This document shows positions 50,111 through 62,420 of a stretch of DNA of 64,000 nt, piece by piece (position 1 is the first letter of the stretch; each line of letters begins with the position of its first letter). The translations under genes and the position numbers were made by a program. The notes beneath the pieces were generated by a model. It did no database searches. It worked only from the letters and a program-made list of their open reading frames with translations, and was not told where the DNA came from. This DNA comes from Glaucostegus cemiculus (Eukaryota): assembly GCA_976551045.1 (NCBI GenBank), contig CDPCPM010000017.1:4278001-4342000 (forward strand), given 5' to 3'.

Positions 50111-52449
50111 CTGATGTGACTGTATAGCACACTTAGCACTACCAATAGGAGACGGATTTCTCGACAATAGGTTCTTGGTAGGGTACCTTTTCGTAGACAT
50201 CATCCCGTTTCTGGTATCCTACCAAAGTAAGCATTTTGGGAACCCATTTGGTCACTATCAGCTCTTCAACTTTGCGGGAAGCAGCATAATTGAGCTCAAT
50301 TAAAAATTACCCAGGATATAAATTTCAAGTTGCAATGAAAATCTAAAATGCTAACTGACATCCATTGTTGATCTCTCTTTCTCCAAAAATAAAAAATGCT
50401 TTCAGAAAAGTATTGACCTAGAAACTCTATGTACTAACCTTGATAATGCACTGCACAATGGCATTTTATATTACTTTTGCATGCAAACATGGTTCTGCAA
50501 ATTGTAGTGTGATTTTCCTATGATACAGGTGTGGATGGAGGCTGCTGGCATGTATGATGATGCCAATCAGTGTGCAAGAGATGATTAACAATATTTACTC
50601 ATGTCTTGGCTTCACACACACATTTGATGAATGGCATGAGCTTCTACTGTAGCAGGTCTTAACCAGTGTTTCGGAAAGTATTCATCTCTCTGCTTGTCAC
50701 AGCGAAGGAATGCGGCTGTGGAGCAACTCCATGGGTACATTGATCTTACTTTGGACTTTCTTATTCCTGTTTTCTTTTCACATCCTGAGTGATTGTCACC
50801 ATACCCTAATCCACACTTGCCATCAGTCTCCAATTACTTCCAGTTTCTCAACACTCCCTCAGATCTTACCCCACTTCCCACCCCTCTCCACAATCTTCTC
50901 CCAGGTACTCCAGTCCCTTTCTCCGAACCTCTGATCTCCTCTTCAATCCTCTGGCTGAATCGCTCAGTTATTTTCCGACCTCTTCCCCAAGCTCCACCAA
51001 CATCTCCTTGCCACAGGTCTCTATTAATCATCTCCTCCACCTCCATCCTCCACTTCAGACTTTCAACTATCCCTTCACTATCTCTCACCACACTAACCTC
51101 CTCCCAAGGCCCACTGATTAAATCCCCATCCCCAGGTTCCCTTAGTATCTCCATGGACCATTCTGATTTTTATACCCAGTGAAGGACCCCACAGTTTCCT
51201 ACCCTGAACATTTTCACGTCTCACCCCCATCATCATCACCCACCCCGCCCACCCCCAGAGATCTCCTCCCCCATGGTTATCTGTGACCCTTCTGCGATTT
51301 ACCCCTTCCCCTTCTGTATACTAGGAAATGAGAGCTTTGCAGGATCACTCAAAGCTGGTGTGATCCTCCAAGCTACAGAGCGAAGCTCTTCTGCGCCATT
51401 ATCTTTCGGTTTCCATGACGCTGTGCTGACAAATGAAAAGACTCCAACCACTGCAAAGTAGATTTCAATTTCTCTTTTAACAATACCTTCCAGCCAAATG
51501 TAAGTAAACATCAAATAATTTAATCAAGTCTTTCTTTTTGGGCACGTAGATATAAAAAGCTGCTTTGCTTTCTAGAAAATACAGTGACTTGGCATCTGGT
51601 GTAGTACAGTCAGTGATGAGTGCCTCCGGACTCTACCAGTCTTTGCAGCCAGTGAGGGGAATCTGCTGTGCAGTTATCTCCTTCTTCTTCCATTCATCAA
51701 GATGATTTAATCAAGTAGATATATATGGAATATATCATCTATTTATCATCATAATAAAATGCATACATTTATATATTTTATTTTAACTAATTTTCTTCAG
51801 ATGATACATTAATTTCAACACCCCACCCTTCAAACAGTGGCATGGCTTTCTCTTTGGGCATTCAAAAAATAGACTGCAGTTTTCCCATTAGCAGGGCAGA
51901 GATCTAAAAATAGCAGGGCTGCATGGAAAGGTGGACATACAAGATGGATTTTTTTGTGTTGCAGGAAAGGAGTTTAACTTCAGGCATGTTTATATGCACT
52001 GCAGAATTTATTTTGAACCAGATGCAAAAAATTGCACCCAGGGACATTACAGAATTAGCACATTTAAACAATAGTAAAATACTTTATCCTGCAGCTCAAA
52101 ATAAAAGCTGCTTGAAAATTGTGTTCATTTCATGTAAATAACAAAGGCTTGCAAATATTTACAGGAAGAAATCTTTAAAATGGCGTGACTCAACAATGCG
52201 TCTCTGCATTTCTGAATTCCCACTTGACTCATACAGAACACTTTTCGTTGACTATTAGAAACCTGTCTGAAATAATTATTTGAATCCAATAGCAATTGGG
52301 TTTAAACCCACAGAATAAATTGGCCCATAAGCTTGCAATTCACTTTGTCAACTGACCCAGAGAGGGCAGAAGGAGTGAGAAACTGAAAAAAATTCACAGG
52401 ATTTATACTTAATGTTGATTAAGTTTATACTGGTGCAGTAGTAAAGGAG

Positions 52450-53685
52450 TTCTTCTCCCATCTTAATGAATTCTGATCCTGGCATGGCATTGAACTCTTC
52501 TTCTGCCACTCTCTTTGGTCAGGAGTCTTCATTCCAGACTGTGGACTCTTCCTCCCATCTCCAGATTTCTCTTTCCAACTGGAAAAATCCCATTGGCCTC
52601 CTAATCTCCACTGACCTATTCATTGCCAATCGCCAACACAACATTGACCCTCCCAATTATTCCATTTCCCTTCCTCACTCTAACCCTTTGAACTTGCAAC
52701 ACTCCACCCACCCCAATATGACCAACCCCAATAAAACCTGCCAACAAGGATGTTAGTGTTGTTGCTTGGTGAACTGATTTCTCTCTTGCGAAGGCCACAC
52801 ACTGGCTCCCAGACACCTCCTCATACCTCTCACTGGAACATGATCCCTCCCAACCACTCCCCTTCTCTCAGCACTTCACTGTACAACTGCAGGAGATGTC
52901 ACACCTGTGCTTTTACGTCATCCCTTTTCACCATCCAGGAACCAAACAGTTCTTTCAAGTGAAGCTGTGATTTAGTTGTACTTCGTCCAACCTAGTGCAC
53001 TGCATTTGGTGTTCACAATGTGGTCTCCTCTACATTGGGCAAACCAAACAAAGATTAGGTGACCACTTTGTAGAGCACCCGTGTTCATTTTGCAAGGCTG
53101 ATCCTGAGCCGCCAGTTACCTGTCATTCTGACCCATCTGACCATGGGCCCCTGCACTGTGCTAATGAGGCCTAATGAAAGCTTGAGGAACAATACCCCAT
53201 CCATCCAAGCATATTATATCCTTCTGGACTCAAAGTAAAATTCAGCAATTTTAAGAAACTCACTTTTTCTGTTTGTATCAAAACTGGCCATTTCTGATAT
53301 AGATTACCTATCTGCAATATTTTTCTCTCTGCACTAACATTGCCTGATCTCCTGGGCATTTCCTACACCCCTGATTTGCATTTCACAGTTTTTGCCTGTT
53401 CCTCAGTTTTTTCTCTCCAACTTCCCTCATTAACTTACTGACCAAAACATTTAATCAACAGCTTATCACCAAGGTAACCTTGGCCTCATCCTATCAGAGG
53501 TGTTTTCTTTTTCCTGTCCATCTTTCCCCCACTCCCTCTTTAGCTTAAAACAGACTTGTTTTGTCTCTTCCCCAGTTCTGACAAAAGGTCTCTGATCTGA
53601 AGCATTAACTCTGTTTCTCTTTAGGCAGGTGCTACTTGACCTGCAGCATTTTCTGTTTTTTATTTCAGTTTTCCAGCATCTGCGA
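52450..53685 (+). mobile_element. Penelope-like element: RT relic, GIY-YIG endonuclease and tandem termini with hammerhead-like motif
   Basis: FSCTSSNLVHCIWCSQCGLLYIGQTKQRLGDHFVEH at ~52970-53080, and cagttCTGACAAaaggtctctgatctGAAGCATTaact at ~53573-53610. Confidence 0.85.
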
Positions 53686-55884
53686 TTCAGTCATACTCTT
53701 CCTTTGTACACTTTGTCCTCATGATTGATATTGCCCAGCAGTGTTCCCAATCCCAGCATTGACAATCCACAGCTGTGTATTCACAAAAGAACAAATGCAT
53801 CATAGTACTTAGCTTTGTGAACATATGCATTACTTCATCACTCAGTGCTCACTATCGGAAGAAGCTTGCGTTTATAAAATATGTATGTCTAAATTAATAG
53901 TTTTGTTTCACATTCAGGGATGAATTAGAGATCGTCTTGGTTCAGCGATGCATCAGTTCTATAACTAGTCTGAATATTTTATTTCTCTGGGTTTAGATAT
54001 AGATGCTACATATCTACATTTGTGTACCCATGGATGTAACAATAGCATCCCCTTGTGAGCTGAGATAGATTTTTGTGTCTTTCATTCATTCCAATCTTTT
54101 CAAAGGCAAACCAAGCAATTATGTGGTGAATCAGAATTTCATATGAATGGCTAACCTGCTTTATTTCACTTAAACATGCAAGAAATTTTAATGATTAGAA
54201 TCACTTTTAGGTGAAGATAATTTGTCTTTGTGTTGCAAATCAAATAATGAACATGCTCAGCTTCCTCACATCCATGGTTCTTTGTATTTTACAAAAACAG
54301 AATAAGTTCTAATCATTCTACCATCTTCAACAGTCTGCCTGTGGATATTTACTCTCGTCCTGTTTTAAAAATAAATCTTGACAGTCTTACAGCCTTCAAC
54401 AAATTTTAATTCGCAATGTATTTTCTAGTTTAAGTAACTAGTCATCCTCCCTGCTTCTAGCTTGTATTCTTACCTTCACAGAAAGACGAGAATGAGACTT
54501 ACCAAGATAATGAATCTGCAGTGCTCTAGACAAGCTGATGTCCAGCTTATGGTCTATTTGCTAATGAAAGTAATTTACGTTTAAAATATTGCCACATTTC
54601 CATTCTGTACCATTGTGTTAAACTTCTGAAAATGAATCTTTTTCTAAAAACAATATTAAAAGAAACTCTCACTTTCAAAGCTTTTATATGAATAGATGTG
54701 TGTTACTTTCCTGAAGTATGAATGGTCCCCACTAGAGTAGTAAACTAAGTGAAGTCACAAAGCATTTTAAAAAATTCACAAAACGTATTTCTTTTTCAAT
54801 TACCTGTTTGAGGCTAAAACATACAAGGGAAAGAAATTCATCTTTCACTGCTAGGGCTAAGTGCATGTAAGTGAACTTACTGCAGGAAGTAGCAATCTCC
54901 TAGACATTGAAATGCATTGACCATCGGAACTGAATGTGCGGGGTGGGGAACGATTAGCTGATACCCTAATATGTTGACAAATTTCTGCCCCACAATTTCT
55001 TTGTTTGTGTGCATCTTCACACAGTTAAAAAAAAACACACCAATTTCTATATTTTGACCACAATTTGGAGAGGATCCCAGATCTTTAAATAAAAATCTTA
55101 AGGATTCAAGATACACTTTGTAATTCTTCAAGTACAGAGATAACAAGGTGGAGAAATACAGAGGTTATTAATTATTATTAAGTATCAGACATGTCTGTCA
55201 ATCAATATCCATCTCTCTGCCTGTATATTTATTAATATCCATCTGTCTGTTTGCGTTTAACTATCAATTCTGCTTTCTAAAATATCTACATCTCTCTTTC
55301 AAGCTTATCTCCTACCCAATAAAAGTTCTGTCATGTCTTTTTCAATGAATGAAAAAGATGCACAGAAACGTATTACCACACATATTCAAAAACATTGTTC
55401 GCTGTTATCGATTCATGTATTTACTAATCAGATCCCAAAAATTAATGCTAGAAAAGTACTTGAAGCAACAATTTGGGATTTTAGACATAATGATTATCAA
55501 CTCTACCTTTATTTAAATTATATTCCAAATATATCTTATTTTGCCCTCTATTATCACTGTATACTGTTTGTATGATGCCTCTCAAGCCCTGATCCCAAAC
55601 TTGCCTAAGTCTACCCATTTTCCTTTCACATTACTTGTTTTCCACTCAATCCTTAGCATTCATCTCAGCCTCTGTTCTCATTTCCTGGCTCCGGCCCCAG
55701 CATTGACCTGGTCCATGTATAAGTCTCCAGTTCCAGCATAGCTTGACCTTTCAACTGACAGAAGTGTTTAAAAATTCTAATCAATAGATTGGTTGTTGAG
55801 AGAATCTTTCCCCTTGTGGAAAAATAAAAAACTGGGGACCATGAATGCAAAATTATTGATCAATCCTAAAGGGAAAATGGAAAA

Positions 55885-56265
55885 AATTCTTCTGGTTATC
55901 AACATGAAATATTAATTCAGTCTTTCTGTCTCCACAGATGCTGCTGACCTGCTGAGTATTTCCAAAGTTTTCTGGTTTTATTTCAGATTTTGCTTTGGGA
56001 TTATTATTAACTTCAACATGTCCCTTCCAGGAATAGCCACCTTGAAGAAGTTCTGCTCCTGTCTTTAAGGAAATCTTTTTGTTTCTTTTACCTAGTTTGC
56101 CTTTACTAATTTCTATTTCCCTTCTTGCTTTTGATAAGGTGTTAGTCAAAGCTCACTTTCACAGCTATTCTGATGAAAGGTTATTGACCTGGAAACCTAA
56201 CTCTGTTTTTTCCCACTAATGCTTCCTGACCTGCTGATTATTTCCAGCAGTTTCTGTTTTTAGTT
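55885..56265 (+). mobile_element. Tandem pair of Penelope-like termini
   Basis: Two ...gatgctgc(c)tgacctgctga(g/t)tatttcca units about 290 bp apart. Confidence 0.75.
56165..56205 (+). ncRNA. Degenerate minimal type-I hammerhead ribozyme motif (best-preserved copy in the window)
   Basis: CTGATGA (56170-56176), helix II aggtt/gacct, GAAAC (56192-56196). Has a 1-nt insertion and an altered helix III/cleavage region. Confidence 0.5.
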
Positions 56266-57599
56266 TCCTTATTGAGAGTGCAGTTAGAATATGGAAGCTG
56301 TTGAAACAATGAACTTAGATGCTTTCAAGAAGAAACAAAGATGAGTTCTCCAGAGAGTAATGGATAAAGGATGCACTGAAAAGCTGAGCTGAGAGCATAA
56401 ACATCAGCACAGATTAGTTGAGCCCAATGGTCTGCTTCTGTGCTCGATGTTCTGTACAAACCCATGTCATCTCTCACCACACATTATCTCTTCACTCTTT
56501 ATTTTTAATTTGTTAGATAATTTGCATTTGGCATTGCATCTTCTTCCAGTTTTAAGCAATTATTTACTGCAATTGTACAACCTGAGGACTTTAGATTTAA
56601 TCTGTTTGGTAGAAGTAGAACCCACAATATCTTTTTAAGAGGGAATTGGATAAATACTTCAGAAATGAAAACATGAAGACGAGAAAAAGAGATCAAATGG
56701 AAAACCATTTCAGAGGCCTAGCTAAAGCATAATAGATTAAATACCTCCTTCTTTGCTGTACATTTTTTGCAATACAATCCTGATTTTCTGATCCTGTGTA
56801 TTTTAGTGACATGTAATGAACAGTGCATATATTTCTTGAGCTCATTGATTGAAGTTCCCAAAATGCAAAGTGTGCCAGAAGTGAATATAATGCAAAATAT
56901 GTAAGCAGTAATTCTGATTAATTATTTACATAACTACAGTATATGAAGGACATTTATTTCTTTATTATCTATTTATTGCAATTGAGCACATTATTTATTT
57001 ATCTACTTATTCTTATCATGTTTATCTTGAGCATTCCTGCACCAAATTCAGTAGTTCAAAAAGGACTTTTGTTTACAAAGGGCCTTTGCTTACAAAGGAC
57101 CTTTTTAGTACAATACTCAGCCAGGCTATGCCCAAACATGAGTGGCACTGCCTTTAATTTTTTAAGTCCTTTTTTGACTCTTTATAAAACTTGGAATGCT
57201 CAACCATTCAATGTCTTAGTAAAGAAATGGAGAGGTACTTGAAAACAGTGGTTAGAACAAGGGCATCTTTTTAAAGAAGGCTTTGTGGGAAGAAGCCTTT
57301 GGAAGGGAGAGTAATGGCAGGAGAGCAGAGGAGACCTGTTGAAGATATTAACTCACTTTGTTTTTCCACTAGCATGGCCTGATCTGCAGGCCAATTCCTT
57401 GCCTCTCTGTATTTCATAGCCTTTACATCCCTTTTTGAGTTCCCTTTGAGTTAGTAAAAGAGTTTGAGTTCCCTTTTAATAACCTCCCGAATTAAACTAT
57501 TAACCAAATAACTCTGTGAACAGCTCATCACCATGACAACCCTGGCCCACCTTATTAAATATATTTCCAATGCCCTATCCATCCCTTTCCCATCCTCTC

Positions 57600-57730
57600 T
57601 ACAACTCAAAATTAACATTTGCTCTTGTTCTAATGAAGGGTCTTTGACCTGAGCCATTAACTCTGTTAGTCTTTCCACAGGATGCTGCTTGACCTGCTGA
57701 GTGTTTCCAGCATTTCCTGGTTTTGTTAGC
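57600..57730 (+). mobile_element. Penelope-like terminus with degenerate hammerhead motif
   Basis: gttCTAATGAagggtctttgacctGAGCCATTaact...gatgctgcttgacctgctgagtgtttccagca. Confidence 0.7.
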
Positions 57731-57739
57731 AAACTGAAG

Positions 57740-58330
57740 GATAATTGAGAAGTACATGATTTCAGTGGAGAAGAAACGAGGGAAACAGTCAAGAGATGTG
57801 CTGGCAAAAAGAGAGGGGAAGATGCAAGCAAAACTCTGGAGTACAGGGATCAGGAATGGAAATAAGACTGGAGAGAGGCTGGGTGAAAAGGGAGAAGAGG
57901 AGAAGTTAGCAAGAGAGGCACTTGCTTGGATGGACACGGCTTTAGAGAGACATAATAAGAGGTCCTTGAGCTCTTAAAATGCTGCAGTCACTCAATAGAT
58001 AAGTGATGAAGATTTTTACATGATGGTTAGCCATGGAAGAAAAGACCTTTGTAATTGCTTTCTTGACAAAGTTTGGAGAATTAGGAGGAATTGGTCAATG
58101 AGACCAAGTCTTTGCATTGGCTGGTGAATAATCAGACAATTGTACACTTGGATTTTCAGCTCCCTGACCTCAAGGTGAAAAGCTGAGATTGGTCTAGGGG
58201 AAAACAGGCAGGGAAGATACTGAGTGATTCAGTTGTGTGGAGGGCAGCTAGAGCTTTTCAGAGGAAGGAATTTAGTGTTGTATTAAGTAATAGGCTAATA
58301 GATCAAATGGGGATATTTAAGAGTAATCAG
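57740..58330 (-). mobile_element. Decayed L2-like LINE fragment; a similar pyrimidine-rich L2-like stretch lies at ~50780-51330 (+)
   Basis: Strong purine/pyrimidine strand asymmetry and degenerate endonuclease-linker-like sequence. Confidence 0.4.
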
Positions 58331-59271
58331 TAACAGAACTAGTAGAGATGATCCAGAAATTTCTCTTCACTTCAAAATATGTGCTAAAATGATGCAAGAT
58401 AGGGGGCCAATGCATGTTTGCTTTGGTCACTGATTTTCATCAGTGCACACTCTGCAAGTTCTCCTACTGGCTTCGCGGCACCTACTGCATTGTTGGAAGT
58501 ACACAATCAAAATGTGCAACATACACTGTGAAGTTCCAATTGCAATAGATTTTACTTCACAATTTAACTGCACAGCATATAAGAATGTGTACTACACAAT
58601 TTAATTTTTATGTGAGTATTTTCCACTGGCAGAAAATGGGGGGAGTGGTCAGTCAGGAGGGAAGGTGATTGGAGCTTAGTCAGGTTGCCAGGACCCTACA
58701 AATAGAGAAATAATCAATGCCTGCAGAAACAAGGTCATTTAAAAAAAGTGAAAGTAAAATAATAAGGGAAGTTAAAAAATGTATTTGTATTATTCATTTT
58801 ATACATACACAAATGTATTTTTCCCTTTGAAGATTGAATCAGCCTATCCCCTTAAGAGCTATTTTGGCAGCTCAGAGTAACTGCCCTTTGTAACTCCTTA
58901 TATAAGGCACTCCCAAGAGACCATCTCCAATTACTTTTCTTTTGGTGCCAATCTCGGTTGTTTACACAGATCCCCATGGGGAATAGAATTTCCCCTAAGC
59001 CAATCTTGCATTCACTTCTGGCCTTAAACCCTAAGAATACTTTAATGTGTATGAATGAGAAATTTAGTAGAATTATTTGTTTGTCACTTGTACATGCCTG
59101 AACTACAGGAAGCTTGGTTTTGCAGTCAGGAGCACGGACTATCCCCTTTGGTGCCCTGGAATGTAAATTCTCTGAAAAGTTCAAGAAAGAGACAAGAGTA
59201 GCATGTGTGGCTAAAGAAAGAGCAGGATCTGGAAAGAAAGAAATTGAAGTTATATTGTGTATAATCAGAGT

Positions 59272-59610
59272 CATAGTGTTCTACAACATGGAAACAGGCC
59301 CCTTCGCCCACTGAGTCTGCTCCATCCAGCACCCACTTACACTAATTCTACACTGATCCCTTTTTATTCTCCCCACATTCCCATCAACTCTTTCAGTATC
59401 TACTTCTCACCTGCACAATAGTGGCAATTTACAGCAGCTAATTAACCTATTTACCTGAACGTCTTTGGGATGTGGGAAGAAACCAGAGCAGCCAGAGGAA
59501 ATGCATGTGATCACAGGGAGAACGGGTAAACTCCACACAGACAGTGCAAGAGCTCAGGATGGAACCCGTGTCACATAAGCTGTGAGCTCCACTCTCTGTT
59601 TCACTGTGTT
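59272..59610 (-). mobile_element. V-SINE, followed by a Deu-SINE fragment (~59620-59800)
   Basis: ggaaacaggccccttcgcccac tail and gtgatcacagggagaacgggtaaactccacacagacag core. Confidence 0.88.
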
Positions 59611-61919
59611 AGAGTTTCATAATTGCTGTGAATGTTCTGTAGGTAAATATTCCAGTCATTTACACAGTAAAAGCCCACACACACAAAATGTTGAATGATC
59701 AAGTAATCTGCTTTTTGGTGGTGCTAGTCCAAAGCAATTTTGGCCATGATCCCAGAAAAGCTCCTTATTTTTCATTGAATAGTAACAAAACATTGTTAAC
59801 ACATGACATTTTTAATGCCCAAACATACAGCAAGAACTGGCAGATTGTCCCTTGGTGAATAGGTTTGCCCACTTTAGTGAAACTGGAGAACATGTTTTAC
59901 ATCTTATGCTTGTGCCTGACCTCTTGCCAGTGGGTGGTTGGTACATCTTGAATGCTCACCATGTTGTTATAGTAGCACACAAGGGGGATATGCTTAACCC
60001 CAGCATGGCAAATCACAAATATAATTGGACAAATAAGTAACTGAGAGCAGTTAAAGCAGCAGAAAACCTTCCATGTGTTAATCTTTACCGTGCCATCCAC
60101 AAGCTACAGTACCAGGGCTAGATGAAGAAACCTTGGAATCATAACTCCCCTTCAGGGCCACTGCACTTCCACAGAACTTTCCCCATGCCCTCTTTTCACA
60201 ATCAAATATTACGAGTTGTTCCAGCGTCCTCACAACCCCTCTGATGTTGGTGTATGAAAGAGGCAAATTTTTGGGATATCATCACTCTCAAAATGTAGAC
60301 TTCTAACCCTGCACCTGCTGGTTAGACACCCAGAGAGTAGATCCCAGAGCTGTCATGATTTCTGCACTCTGAATGTCTAAAAGCAAACATGAAGAAGTAA
60401 TGGCAGTGATTGGTTAAACCATGACTTGATGAGATCAGATCGTCTTTTGCTCCAGTCCCTCCCATTTGCTGGTAACAGATGTTTTATTCTGAGTACACAC
60501 AAGTTCCCAGGAGCTGCTGTATTACTGGCTTTCGTCCAATCTCTTCAGTATCATCACTGAGCTGAACTTGGTCAATGCATTCAAGCACGATGATGTCAAC
60601 TTACAAATGTCATGACACTGCAGTGTCTGCAGATCACTTTAAAGCAGCCAAGTCAGATGGAATTTGGACATGTCAGTGTGAACTGATACTCCAAATGCAA
60701 AGGCACTTTAAAGGTTCAGTTCACCTATGGCACGTTTAGCTTTATGAAGACATTGTAAGTTAAGATTTTAAAATGGTTCCAACTCTGGTTAACAGCTGTT
60801 GTTGATGAATTGAAAATCTAGTCAACAATTTAGGAAGCTTACTGGATCTTTCACTTCTCTCTCTGCCAGTTAGTCTCCATTGAGTGCTTTACTTTGATGG
60901 CATGAATTTGCTCTTCACTGAGCCATTAATTACGTCCAATCTTAAGCTACTGTCTTGCAAAGCCCCTGTACTCCAACAAATACAAGTTGGAGCACAGGAA
61001 CATTGCATATAAATCTGCAAACCTGTCATAGGAAAGGTATAAGCATCATTAAATGACAAAGTCAAAATTTACAGAATGTAGCCAAAAATGAGGAATGCAT
61101 GGAAAACTATCTTGTTTTCACTGAACCAGAAAGGTTAAGGCAGAGACCAATACATTTTCAAAATTTTGGGAAACTTCAAATTAGTAAACATGCAAGATTG
61201 CATCCACAGGTAGATGAATCAGTAACATGTCATTGGTTAGAAAATGGAAGTTATTTTCACTCAGAGAATTACTTATACACAAAGATCTTGTGGAGAGCAG
61301 AGTACACTGTCTCCAATGATAACTGAGGCAGATATAGTGTCATTTAAGTATTTGATAAATATGTGAAATATGAATATAAAATATGACAAAACATTTAGAT
61401 TAGAATCGGTGGTTGGAATTTTTGCCACTTGCTCACCATCCTTTCATTATTTTAAATAAGAGGAAAACAACAGACCAGCAAGCACAGAAGTGAGAACTGC
61501 AGCTTGAGTTGAAGAGCTAGCAGTACCTAAAGTGGAATGGTTTCCTTCTTTGTTGTGAATATTGTGATTCTATTGCTGACATGAGCCATTACCAAGGTAC
61601 AATATATAAATGTGATATCACACTTGATTGGTCATCACCTTATTTCAAAGAAATGTACACATTTTTAATTTAAAAGTGATAAGAGTATAAATACTCAAGA
61701 TTTATATTACGAACAAAGCTTAGTTGATGAATGACTACATATATGCATGTATTTGCTAGTATTAGTTAATTACCATGTAGATCATTGTGATGTATGCTGA
61801 AATATGAAAATTGGGATTGCTAAATTAAGCTTCCAATTGATTCCTCTTTAAAGTGATGTTGCACAATCTTTAGGGCCATGTTAATTTGGTTTATGGTTAG
61901 TTTGATTGTTTAGAAATTT

Positions 61920-62420
61920 ATATTCAGGGTATGGGAAGGTTTACATTGTTCAACAATGACTGCCCTGGTTGCAACTGAGCAATTTGCATGTCCTCTTCAA
62001 CTGCATAGCATGGAACCTGAGTCTTGGGTAGGCCAGACTTGGAACAGATAATGTCTTTTTTTATAACAATGCAGCAGGTTTCATGCTCACAATCTTCACT
62101 CACTAAACTCAATTGCACAATACTCTTCACCTGTGAGTTTATTTCATGACCTTTGGAGCAATTAGTCTGAGTCAAATATCAACTGATCTGGATTTCTCAG
62201 GCAGCAGCAAATCAATAGTATCCACTGCTGACCTTGAAGTGAGTTGTTCACAAAACTCTTTGGCATGGATTTGTCCCTTTCCAACAGCTGACGTTTTCAA
62301 GCATTAGTTCTCAGGGATCCATGATGTCCAGCAGTTGAGATGTTATCGAGCGGGTCAAGCAACCAATCACACAGAACACTTATCAAAGACAAATTAGGAA
62401 GGGAAAAGCACTGCCTCGAA
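61920..62420 (-). mobile_element. Possible Gypsy post-integrase relic
   Basis: Reverse strand gives SRSAVDTIDLLLP (GRQLR...DLL.P-like) and QVPCYAVEE (GPVSY.VE-like). Very decayed. Confidence 0.35.

Noticed and set aside
18941-57730. Recurrent ~35-bp gatgctgcctgacctgctgagt motif as a CRISPR-like repeat
   Set aside because: Dispersed, on both strands, irregularly spaced and in a eukaryote. It is explained by Penelope termini.
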